Of a DNA stretch of 29,678 bases, positions 18,918-27,093 are shown piece by piece (position 1 is the first letter of the stretch; each line of letters starts with the position of its first letter). The notes below the pieces were generated by a model. The model was not told the origin of the DNA and did no database searches. It saw only the letters and a list, made by a program, of their open reading frames with translations. The position numbers were made by a program, and so were the translations under genes. This stretch comes from Hormoscilla sp. (GTDB lineage: Bacteria; Cyanobacteriota; Cyanobacteriia; Cyanobacteriales; Desertifilaceae): contig JBFRWI010000141.1 of the NCBI GenBank assembly GCA_051439505.1, forward strand, positions 1 to 29,678, read 5' to 3'.

Positions 18918-19239
18918 GCTTGATTTAATTTTTATCGCACGGGAAAGGCCGCTTTTTCCCCAAAATTATTGCTTGATGGCGATCTGGTCAGGCTTCTGCT
19001 TACCGGCGATCGCCTGGGTAACTACCGGCGATCGCAGCACGGACAGGACCGCTTTTCACCAGTTGCTGCCAACACAATACCCCTGACAGAGCATCGCCCA
19101 GAGCTACGATTGTAACAAATATTTACAAATAAACGCTCTCTGTGGTGTATGTTGTGGCATATAATTTAAGATGTTGTTTGATGACAACGGGAGCATAGAA
19201 ATCAAAGCATTTTGTGATTTGCAGCAGGGAAATAAAACA

Positions 19240-20070
19240 ATGAAAAGGAATAGCATGAAAATGATGAAAGGTGCTTCTATACTAGGAGTTGCTCTTTCTT
19301 TGATTGGGAGTCCAGCGTCAAGTTTAAATCTCACTATCAACCCTCCACAGATAAAGCAGAGTGGCATCCCGGACATAGAAGTGGTATCTGTATCTGGTCC
19401 AAATTCAGCGGCTCCAGGAGAGCGTATCCGTGTAGGTGGCAGGGTGAGAAATATTGGCTTTGGCAGTGCTGGGGAGAGCATGGTAAAGTATTACCTGTCG
19501 AGCGATCGCACTCTCAGCTCGGACGACATCTACTTAGGATATGATAATATTCAAAGGATCACTCCAAAACTCACGATTGGCCCGAATGAGGAAGTAAGGA
19601 TACCCAATAGCGTATCATTGGGAACAAAATATCTGCTGTTAGTGGCAGATGCCGATAATCAAGTCTCGGAAAGCAAGGAAAACAATAATATAGGATATAA
19701 AGCGATTACTATTGGTCTGCCAGACATAGAAGTGACATCTGTATCTGGTCCAAATTCAGCGGCCCCAGGAGAGCGTATTCGTGTAGGTGGCAGGGTGAGA
19801 AATATTGGCTTTGGCAGTGCTGGGGAGAGCATGGTAAAGTATTACCTGTCGAGCGATCGCACCCTCAGCTCGAACGACATCTACTTAGGATATGATAACA
19901 TCACAGGACTCTCTCCCAAAAACTATAGGGACCCGAGGGAGGATGTAACGATACCCAATAGCATATCATTAGGAACAAAATATTTGCTGTTAGTGGCAGA
20001 TGCCGAAAATCAAGTCTCGGAAAGCAAGGAAAACAACAATGTAGGATATAAAGCCATTACTATACGCTAG
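19240..20070 (+). CDS. Secreted protein with two tandem CARDB (Ig-like) domains
   Basis: Signal peptide; two copies of PDIEV..VRNIG...YYLSSD...G-x-K-YLLLVAD..NQVSESKENNN, 351 nt apart; start set at ATG 19240. Confidence 0.88.
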   Translation: MKRNSMKMMKGASILGVALSLIGSPASSLNLTINPPQIKQSGIPDIEVVSVSGPNSAAPGERIRVGGRVRNIGFGSAGESMVKYYLSSDRTLSSDDIYLGYDNIQRITPKLTIGPNEEVRIPNSVSLGTKYLLLVADADNQVSESKENNNIGYKAITIGLPDIEVTSVSGPNSAAPGERIRVGGRVRNIGFGSAGESMVKYYLSSDRTLSSNDIYLGYDNITGLSPKNYRDPREDVTIPNSISLGTKYLLLVADAENQVSESKENNNVGYKAITIR

Positions 20071-20133
20071 AGCAAGCCGTGTAGGAGTTGTGCAAAGACA
20101 CATCATCGTATTTTTCCAACATCGTTCAAAATG

Positions 20134-20364
20134 GCGATCGCCCCTCGCTCGCCATTTTACCGACGTGACGCTGCGCCCCGACTCCATGCGATCGGCAATG
20201 CAGATCCGGGGCACGGTATTATAAATCTTTCTGTTGATATCTTTATGTTATCAATGCCGTACCGCTACCCCATGCGATCGCCAATATACGTCCATCACGG
20301 CGATCGCGCTTAACAAAAATTTACATGGATCCAAATGCCAGATAGCTCTTTCGTTGGCTATAAT
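20134..20364 (+). repeat. ~230-bp direct repeat, left copy (HIP1 sites, REP pair, promoter element B)
   Basis: Aligns along its length with 21243-21462. Confidence 0.9.
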
Positions 20365-20405
20365 ACTGAAGTTGAGAGATAAAATCGGCGACTAAGGAGA
20401 GCGGT

Positions 20406-20666
20406 ATGAACATTGGCCTGGAACTATCTCCAGAATTAGAGCAGGAACTGTCTACTGAGGCATCGGAACTTAAGTTATCCTTAGATGAGTACATTCTGCG
20501 TATTATTTCTCAACGGCCTGTCCTGCATAATCCACCGAAAACAGGTGCTGAACTGGTAGCATACTGGGAGAGAGCTGGAGTTATTAATTCACGCCCTGAT
20601 ATTGATGATAGCGCTGAATATGCTCGCAACTTACGTCGAAAGGCTGAAACCCGCGAACGAGGATAG
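20406..20666 (+). CDS. Putative antitoxin (RHH-like N-terminus)
   Basis: AAGGAG RBS; L-x-PELE-x-x-L-x-x-x-A pattern; ends 8 nt before the PIN gene. Confidence 0.75.
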   Translation: MNIGLELSPELEQELSTEASELKLSLDEYILRIISQRPVLHNPPKTGAELVAYWERAGVINSRPDIDDSAEYARNLRRKAETRERG

Positions 20667-20674
20667 ATAATTTA

Positions 20675-21055
20675 ATGTATTTACTCGATACAGATGTCCT
20701 GATTGATATTCAACGCGGTCATGCACCTGCGATCGCTTGGTTCGCTAGTCTCCCAGAAGTGCCCAGCGTCCCAGGTTTCGTCGTTATGGAGTTAATTCAG
20801 GACGCACAAAACAAGCAGCAACTTAGCAAAGCGCTGCAACTTGTAGACCCTTTACCTATCCTTTGGCCCACCGCAGCTGACTGCGCCAGTGCTTTATCCA
20901 ATTTCACAGATTACCATTTGTCGCACAAATTAGGTTTGATTGATGCCTTGATAGCTGCTATTGCTGTAGGACGCAGCGCTACTTTGTACACATTTAATGT
21001 TAAGCACTATCGAGTTGTTCCGGGGCTTAACATAGAAAAACCGTACAATCGTTGA
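20675..21055 (+). CDS. vapC: PIN-domain (VapC-type) toxin
   Basis: YLLDTDVLID, MEL, DALIAAIA and TFNVKHY motifs. Confidence 0.92.
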   Translation: MYLLDTDVLIDIQRGHAPAIAWFASLPEVPSVPGFVVMELIQDAQNKQQLSKALQLVDPLPILWPTAADCASALSNFTDYHLSHKLGLIDALIAAIAVGRSATLYTFNVKHYRVVPGLNIEKPYNR

Positions 21056-21094
21056 ATGTCGCATAAAATGGGACTGTAATTGAATATAATAGCG

Positions 21095-21154
21095 GAGATC
21101 GCCCTTCAAAAAACAAACATGCAGATGCCAGATATATCTTTCGTTGGCTATAAT
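21095..21154 (+). promoter_or_regulatory. Repeated promoter-like element, copy C (no ORF follows)
   Basis: GAGATCGCCCTTCAAAAAAC..ATGCCAGATATATCTTTCGTTGGCTATAAT. Confidence 0.6.
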
Positions 21155-21242
21155 AATGAATAGCCAATGTCCAGTAGGGGCACGGCATCAGCAGATTAAA
21201 GGTTAATCGAGAAATGTTTTTTTCGCCGTGCCCCGGCTCCAT

Positions 21243-21462
21243 GCGATCGCCCCTCGAACCCCATGTTACCGACGTGACGCTGCGTCCCGACATGCGATCG
21301 GCAATGCCGGGGCACGGCATTATAAATCTTTCGGTTGATATCTTTGTTATCGATGCCGTACACCTACCCCATGCGATCGCCAATGTACATTTATCACGGC
21401 GATCGCCCTTCAAAAAACTTCCATACTCCCAAATACCAGATATATCTTTCGTTGCCTATAAT
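21243..21462 (+). repeat. ~220-bp direct repeat, right copy (ends in promoter element D)
   Basis: Aligns with 20134-20364; ends GATATATCTTTCGTTGCCTATAAT. Confidence 0.9.
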
Positions 21463-21636
21463 CACGATCGATAAAAATAATGTTATACCATTTTATCAAG
21501 GTTGTCTACAATTTTTAAGCATTATTCTATTCCTCGGTTTCAAATGAGATCTTGCACCATTGTAAACTAGAGGCAGAGCCTCTAGAAATCGTTCCCAGGC
21601 GGAGCCTAGGAACGAGGCTTTCCAGACAAGGCTTCC

Positions 21637-21701
21637 AGTGGGTTTTAACCCACTTTAGCTATTAGCCGGGGGTTTGAACCCCCGGCGGGCTGACAGCGAA
21701 G
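21637..21701 (-). repeat. Double-hairpin dispersed element, copy 4
   Basis: Reverse orientation; second stem reads AGTGGGTTAAAACCCACT (compensatory change). Confidence 0.9.
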
Positions 21702-21713
21702 AGAGTAAATTAT

Positions 21714-21762
21714 GCGATCGCCAACTGATCGCCAACTGATCGCCAACTGATCGCCAACTGAT
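21714..21762 (+). repeat. 11-bp tandem repeat (GATCGCCAACT)x4
   Basis: Four exact units starting inside a HIP1 site. Confidence 0.95.
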
Positions 21763-21776
21763 TGGGAATTGCAATA

Positions 21777-22382
21777 CTAAATATTAGACTCAATTCCACT
21801 CTGTAAAATTCCCAGAATCTTCCCGACATTGTTCAGGAAATACTCGTTCAAATCAATAGAAATAACTTTTCCTTCCAGTTGCAGAAATTTCCAGTTAGTT
21901 CCCGTGGTGACTGCACCATAAATTTTCTTGATGTTCTGGTTGTGACGATCGTTGAATAACTGCGCCGCCACCATTTCTGCCATACATTGCCCTAACCCCG
22001 ATTGAATGTTATTATTTTTTGCCTCTACCAGCGCAAATACCGGTGCTTTAATGAATAGCTGTTCCGGGGATAAGCTAATAATAAAGTCACAAAACCCATT
22101 CAATCCTTTTTCTGACTCCACGTTAAATTCTCTCCCGGAAAATAAACTGATGCGATCGCATAACTGTTTTTTCAGCTCGATAAGAATGGGAGATATAATC
22201 ATTTCCGATCGCGCTTTCTCTGAATTTATTTCTAGGGCTAAAGGAATGTTATATTGCAAAATATTTTTGAGTAACTCGCTGTATTCTACCTCTGGACAGT
22301 TGGCAAACAAGCCAACTTCCTTAGCAAAAGTAATGCCCAAGTTGGTCTCGATATCTTCTAAGCTAAATTGACTGTAGCACAT
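21777..22382 (-). CDS. Cyanobacterial PD-(D/E)XK-like hypothetical protein
   Basis: SEKARSE, GFCDFII..VEAK, GQCMAEM and [11 protein letters not shown] motifs; start set at MCYSQF (22382). Confidence 0.85.
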   Translation of the reverse strand: MCYSQFSLEDIETNLGITFAKEVGLFANCPEVEYSELLKNILQYNIPLALEINSEKARSEMIISPILIELKKQLCDRISLFSGREFNVESEKGLNGFCDFIISLSPEQLFIKAPVFALVEAKNNNIQSGLGQCMAEMVAAQLFNDRHNQNIKKIYGAVTTGTNWKFLQLEGKVISIDLNEYFLNNVGKILGILQSGIESNI

Positions 22383-22432
22383 TTCCCTGCAACTCCTTAA
22401 TTTGCTACAGTTATGCCCATGTAATTCTCTCA

Positions 22433-22497
22433 CTTCGCTGTTAGCCCGCCGGGGGTTCAAACCCCCGGCTAATAGCTAAAGTCGGTTGAAACCGACT
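22433..22497 (+). repeat. Double-hairpin dispersed element, copy 5
   Basis: Full-length copy with loop variant AGTCGGTTGAAACCGACT. Confidence 0.9.
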
Positions 22498-22595
22498 AAT
22501 AGAATGATTTGAAAAATAATTGTAGCATTTTTTCAATCGGTGCTATCTTTTACCTCTCCTTACTCTACCAGATCGCCCTCTCCACGATAACACAA

Positions 22596-23762
22596 TCAAC
22601 CCAAAATTGCCTGCAAACCCCGCACTAATCGTTCAATTCCCTCCGCCGCCGTTTCCTTTGGCAACGCACCGTAAGCAACCCGCAAGTAGCATCCATCCTC
22701 CATGCCAAATGTGTCCCCCGGAAGCACCGCTACTCCATGTTCCCGGATCAGTCTTTTCACCAATTCCAAAGCATCCATCTGAGTCTTAACCTTCAAAAAC
22801 AAATAGAACGCCCCATCCGCAGGCCCGATCGCGCATAAACCTTCCAGGCGCTGCAATGACTCTAGCAGCATCTGTCGCACGGAGGCGATCGCCCCCAGGT
22901 ACCCTTGACAATAATCCCTGCCCACGGACAGCGCCCCCAGGGCCCCATACTGGGAAATAACGGGAGGACAAATCAGAATTGTATCCTGAATCTTCTTCAC
23001 CGCTGAGAGCAAATGTTGGGGAATCACCATATAACCAATGCGCCAACTCGCAAACCCATAGGCTTTAGAAAGGCTGTATAGTGAAATCGTGTACTCGCTA
23101 CTTTCTGGAAATGACCCTGGGGACACATGCTTCACTCCATCATAAGTAAAATATTCATAAGCTTCATCACTGATGTGGTAAATCCCCCGACTGCGACAAA
23201 TTTCATTCACCTCCCCCAGCGCCGTTTCTGAGTATACCGCCCCCGTCGGATTATTCGGCGAAACCGTCAGCACCGCCCGCGTTTTCGGCGTTATCGCTGC
23301 CGCGATCGCCTGGGGACGCAACTGATAATTTGCATCCGTTCCCACCAACACCGGGCGACAACCCCCGATCGCGATCGCCATTTCGTGGTTAAAATAATAA
23401 GGGGTTTGGATTATAATCTCATCTCCGGGGGCAGTAATAGCCAGCACCGCATTTACAAAGGCCATATTTCCCCCTGCGGTCACCACAATGCTGTTGCCAT
23501 CGTTAATTTCCATGCCGTTATCAGCAAGCAGTTTCGCCTCAATAGCTGCCAGCAAAGGAGAAATTCCCCGGACCAGTTTATACTTATGATTTTCCGGGTC
23601 CGCCAGGAAACTATCCAAACGGGCGATCGCCTCTGGGGGGGGACCATAATAGACCACCCCCTGTCCCAAGGATATCGTTCCCGGACAACTCTCGATCAGT
23701 TCTCCGACTACCGGAATTATCGGCGACTGCACCGCCTCCATGCGAGTTCTACTGATTTCCAT
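22596..23762 (-). CDS. PLP-dependent aminotransferase, class I/II
   Basis: ISLGQG, PNNPTG, SDEAY and SLSKAYGFASWRIG (PLP lysine) motifs. Confidence 0.95.
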   Translation of the reverse strand: MEISRTRMEAVQSPIIPVVGELIESCPGTISLGQGVVYYGPPPEAIARLDSFLADPENHKYKLVRGISPLLAAIEAKLLADNGMEINDGNSIVVTAGGNMAFVNAVLAITAPGDEIIIQTPYYFNHEMAIAIGGCRPVLVGTDANYQLRPQAIAAAITPKTRAVLTVSPNNPTGAVYSETALGEVNEICRSRGIYHISDEAYEYFTYDGVKHVSPGSFPESSEYTISLYSLSKAYGFASWRIGYMVIPQHLLSAVKKIQDTILICPPVISQYGALGALSVGRDYCQGYLGAIASVRQMLLESLQRLEGLCAIGPADGAFYLFLKVKTQMDALELVKRLIREHGVAVLPGDTFGMEDGCYLRVAYGALPKETAAEGIERLVRGLQAILG

Positions 23763-23773
23763 TTACTGTATAA

Positions 23774-23929
23774 TATAGCGTTTCTCAAATTGATGTGATA
23801 CAGCATAATCGCCTATTTGTCATTGCGAGGGGGGGGGGGACAAGCGCTTCGGACTTATGCTTTATGAGTTGACCCTCCCCCGAAGCAATCTCCGCAACAG
23901 CAGATCACACTAATCTGAGAACTGCTATA
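23774..23929. mobile_element. 156-bp MITE-like element with imperfect 25-bp terminal inverted repeats
   Basis: TATAGCGTTTCTCAAATTGATGTGA ... TCACACTAATCTGAGAACTGCTATA (20/25 match), TA at both ends, no ORF. Confidence 0.7.
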
Positions 23930-24097
23930 GATCCTTTTACTTTTATTCACCTAACCTGAAAATACCATTAACCTGTCATTCCTAAGAAACTCTCATATCA
24001 TCTGTCCCGTTATACTGCTGCTTACAGAAGATTGCTTCGGGGGGATAGTTTATTTCCCGGACATACGATCTCCTTTAATACCCCCTCGCAATGACAA

Positions 24098-24712
24098 TCA
24101 CCTTTCTACTTTACCGCAATCGGAAACAAACTCCAGTAACTGGGCGTGAAACTCATCCGTTGCTTTCATATAGCACGCATGACCCGCATTCGCTAATATG
24201 ACCTTTTGGGCCTTTGGCATCCGCCTGACTATTAAATCTGCTTCTGCTATAGATACTGTCCGATCGTTGCTGCCCCAAATTGCCAGAGTCGGCATTTCTA
24301 TCCCTTCCAGTCCCTCCTCGTGTTCCTCAATATTTACCGGCGCAATAGGTATAAATCCTCCCAATTTATCCCCATATTTTACCACAAAAGGCAAGCTGTA
24401 ACCTCCACTCATGGATGGCGATACTAAAATCGGCTTATTTAACTTTAACACCTCGATCAATTCCAGCAAAAACTCTGCTCGATCGCCCGATATGCGCTGG
24501 GAACTGCCATACCCGGGCAAATCTACAGCAACTGCGCCATATCCGCGATCGGCTAATAATTTGAGAGTGCCAATTGAGCGCCAGGTTTGGGAACTAAAAC
24601 TGGCTCCATGTAAAAATAGCACAGTTGGGGCCGTTGCCGAGTCTGCTATCAGATAATGAATCTTTGCCCCTTGCACGATCGCATATTTATCCTTTATCTT
24701 GTTGCTATCCAT
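24098..24712 (-). CDS. ABHD14B-like alpha/beta hydrolase
   Basis: LFLHGASFSSQTW, DLPGYG, SPSMSG (SxSxS nucleophile motif), WGSND and AGHACY. Confidence 0.85.
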   Translation of the reverse strand: MDSNKIKDKYAIVQGAKIHYLIADSATAPTVLFLHGASFSSQTWRSIGTLKLLADRGYGAVAVDLPGYGSSQRISGDRAEFLLELIEVLKLNKPILVSPSMSGGYSLPFVVKYGDKLGGFIPIAPVNIEEHEEGLEGIEMPTLAIWGSNDRTVSIAEADLIVRRMPKAQKVILANAGHACYMKATDEFHAQLLEFVSDCGKVER

Positions 24713-24729
24713 TTCTCTTAAATAAAAGC

Positions 24730-25656
24730 CTACTTTTTCTTCAGCACTTTTTTCAGCAGTCTCACAATTTCCGCAGGCCGATCGGCCAAAGGTATCTTCC
24801 CTTGCTGAAAAGCTTCTATTTTCCGCGCCGCCATACTCAACTCCGCCGTTTTCCCATCTATTCCCTTCTCTTTTCCTGCCTTTGATAGCAGCTGGGAAGC
24901 AATCAAAGTCCCCGCATGGCCCCGCAATTTCTCCTGGGGCACCTGTTGTCCCGCCAAGTAAGCAACCACAGGCTTATCGATCGCCTCTTTAATATAGCGG
25001 GCCGCCGCTTCCTCTCCTCCATTTCCTGCTATTTCCCCCACTAATACGATCGCCTGTGTATCATCATCCTCCTCCAAAATTTGCAGCCATTGAGCAAAAG
25101 AAGAACCCACGATCGCATCGCTGCCAATACCCACCCCGATCGACTGACCCAACCCTGCCTTAGTCAACTCTAGGGCCACCTCATAAGTCAAAGTCCCCGT
25201 GCAGCCGATCAACCCTACCTTCCCAGGGGTATATAGTTGAGTTGGGTGAGTTCCCAGCAACATTTTTCCCGGCAGGATAATGCCCGGACAATTTGGTCCC
25301 ACTACTAGCGTTTCCGTTGCCTCCGCCTTCCGCACCAGCTGCACCATATCCAAAGGCGGCATCCCCGCAGTAATGATGATAATCTGCCTAATTCCCGCCG
25401 CGATCGCCTCATAAGCTGCATCCAGCACCCAGTATGGCGGCACAAAGATCAGCGTCGTATCCACCATTCCCACCGCCGCCGTTGCCTGTTCTACCAGGTC
25501 AAAAATCGGCATTCCATCCAATTCCTGTCCGCCATTCCCCGGACTCACCCCCGCCACCACATTCGTGCCATATGCTTTCATCTTCGCCGCATGGTTTGCA
25601 CCCAGTGGTTCTGTAATACCTTGTACCAGAACTTTGTTATCGGGACTAAAATTCAT
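24730..25656 (-). CDS. sucD: Succinate-CoA ligase subunit alpha
   Basis: VLVQGIT, YGTNVVAGV, GPNCPG, GTLTYE, and GHAG phosphohistidine motif. Confidence 0.93.
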   Translation of the reverse strand: MNFSPDNKVLVQGITEPLGANHAAKMKAYGTNVVAGVSPGNGGQELDGMPIFDLVEQATAAVGMVDTTLIFVPPYWVLDAAYEAIAAGIRQIIIITAGMPPLDMVQLVRKAEATETLVVGPNCPGIILPGKMLLGTHPTQLYTPGKVGLIGCTGTLTYEVALELTKAGLGQSIGVGIGSDAIVGSSFAQWLQILEEDDDTQAIVLVGEIAGNGGEEAAARYIKEAIDKPVVAYLAGQQVPQEKLRGHAGTLIASQLLSKAGKEKGIDGKTAELSMAARKIEAFQQGKIPLADRPAEIVRLLKKVLKKK

Positions 25657-25687
25657 CTTTTAATTTTACTTTCTTCACCTATGAAGA

Positions 25688-26839
25688 TCACTTTGTCAGA
25701 TTTATCGCTTGGGAGACTGCCTCATCCAAGCTTTCCACCACCGTTACTGGCAGATCTTTTAATATCTCTCTAGCTTTATCCACTTCGCTACCCACCAGAC
25801 GCACGATCGCATGTATATCTCTATTAGAGTTGCCCATGCGGGTTCGGCCTTGCCAATATCCCCCGATCGCCGTCGCTATGCGCTCTGCTGGAGTCAAGCT
25901 GCTGATAATGTTCACCAGTAATACTTCCACCCGACGATCTTGGCCGAGCAGATCCAGACCCCGTTCAATCCGTTCGCACAGATCTCCTGGCATCCAGCCT
26001 GCTTGAGCTTTTCCGGCCACATTTACAAAAGCAGCTGGCTTGAGCCCAGCTTTGTAGAGCAAATCCATAGTCGTCCTGATTATACCACCACCATTACACA
26101 ATATGCCAATATTTCCTTTCACTTCCACCTGCTTCAGCTTCAAGTCCCCCGCCGACGGTACAGATGGCACCATATTACCCTTTGTGCGTGCTAGCAACAC
26201 CAAGTTCTCATGACGGCCTAAAGCATCATTATTAGCCGTCACTTTTCCATCTAAAGCCATCACCTCCCCCGTCGAACTTACACCCAGGGGATTAATTTCC
26301 ACCATATCCAGGTCAAATTGGACAAATAGCCGATACATTTTCTCGACTATATCGCTGACTGCCTGAATTAGCGGTCCGGAAAGTCCCATCTTCAGAGCCA
26401 GACGCCGCGCGTAAAACGGCGAGAATTCCTGGTCTACCACCACCAACTGCATTTGGGACATCACCGCTTCTGCCTCAACGCCTCCTGTTTTTGAGCCTAA
26501 CAGAACTGGGCGTCTTGCTCCTGTATCCAGGACAACAGCCAGATAAAATTCCTCTTGAGAATTGTACTTAGCCTCCGCTAACAGCACCTCGGGATACTCG
26601 CCCATGATCGGCAGCTTAAAAATCGTCTGGGCCGCTGCTACTGCATCGATCGTGTTTTCCGCAAACTTAATACCCCCCGCCTTGCCCCGTCCTCCCGTGC
26701 GCACCTGGGACTTCAGCACCACTGGATAGGGAATTTTCAAACCTTTGAGATCCTTGGGATGGTCGATGCGTTGAGAGGGCAATATGGGAATGCTCATCTC
26801 CCGAAATAATTCCTTGGCCTGGTATTCTAGTAAATCCAT
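25688..26839 (-). CDS. sucC: Succinate-CoA ligase subunit beta
   Basis: MDLLEYQAKELF, KSQV..GGRGKAGG, EINPL and LDGK motifs. Confidence 0.93.
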   Translation of the reverse strand: MDLLEYQAKELFREMSIPILPSQRIDHPKDLKGLKIPYPVVLKSQVRTGGRGKAGGIKFAENTIDAVAAAQTIFKLPIMGEYPEVLLAEAKYNSQEEFYLAVVLDTGARRPVLLGSKTGGVEAEAVMSQMQLVVVDQEFSPFYARRLALKMGLSGPLIQAVSDIVEKMYRLFVQFDLDMVEINPLGVSSTGEVMALDGKVTANNDALGRHENLVLLARTKGNMVPSVPSAGDLKLKQVEVKGNIGILCNGGGIIRTTMDLLYKAGLKPAAFVNVAGKAQAGWMPGDLCERIERGLDLLGQDRRVEVLLVNIISSLTPAERIATAIGGYWQGRTRMGNSNRDIHAIVRLVGSEVDKAREILKDLPVTVVESLDEAVSQAINLTK

Positions 26840-27028
26840 TTTTAGAACGTTGTTAGTTATTAGTTGTCAGTTATTTAGTCCGTCCCACCTGTCAAGCAGT
26901 TGTCAGTTGGTCGCATTATATACCTTACCGTTATCTCTCCCCCACGGGCAGGGTACTCACACCCATACAGGCAAGTGCTAGTTTTGAGGCTTCCTCCTCA
27001 ATTATATCCGCACGGGCCCAGAATAAAT

Positions 27029-27057
27029 TGAACCGTTGTCTGAGAGGCTGAGTCTAA
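27029..27057 (+). promoter_or_regulatory. Candidate ECF-type promoter TGAACC-N17-GTCTAA
   Basis: AAC-containing -35 and GTC/TCT -10 typical of ECF promoters, 36 nt before the sigma gene. Confidence 0.6.
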
Positions 27058-27093
27058 ATTGGCAGAAGTCACTCAACGGCAAGGAAACCCACC

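Noticed and set aside
19110..19128. NtcA site upstream of the CARDB gene
   Set aside because: Spacing is GTA-N9-TAC, not N8; kept only as a generic palindrome
19369..20067. Diversity-generating retroelement TR/VR pair
   Set aside because: Both repeats are in-frame coding domains, differences are not confined to adenines, and no reverse transcriptase is present
20131..21547. Short ORFs 20131-20313, 21027-21413, 21214-21474 and 21335-21547
   Set aside because: They are translations of the direct repeats and REPs; indels shift the frame between copies
22383..22460. 26-aa N-terminal extension of the PD-(D/E)XK ORF
   Set aside because: It starts inside the double-hairpin element; a family-like start with upstream purine-rich RBS is at 22382
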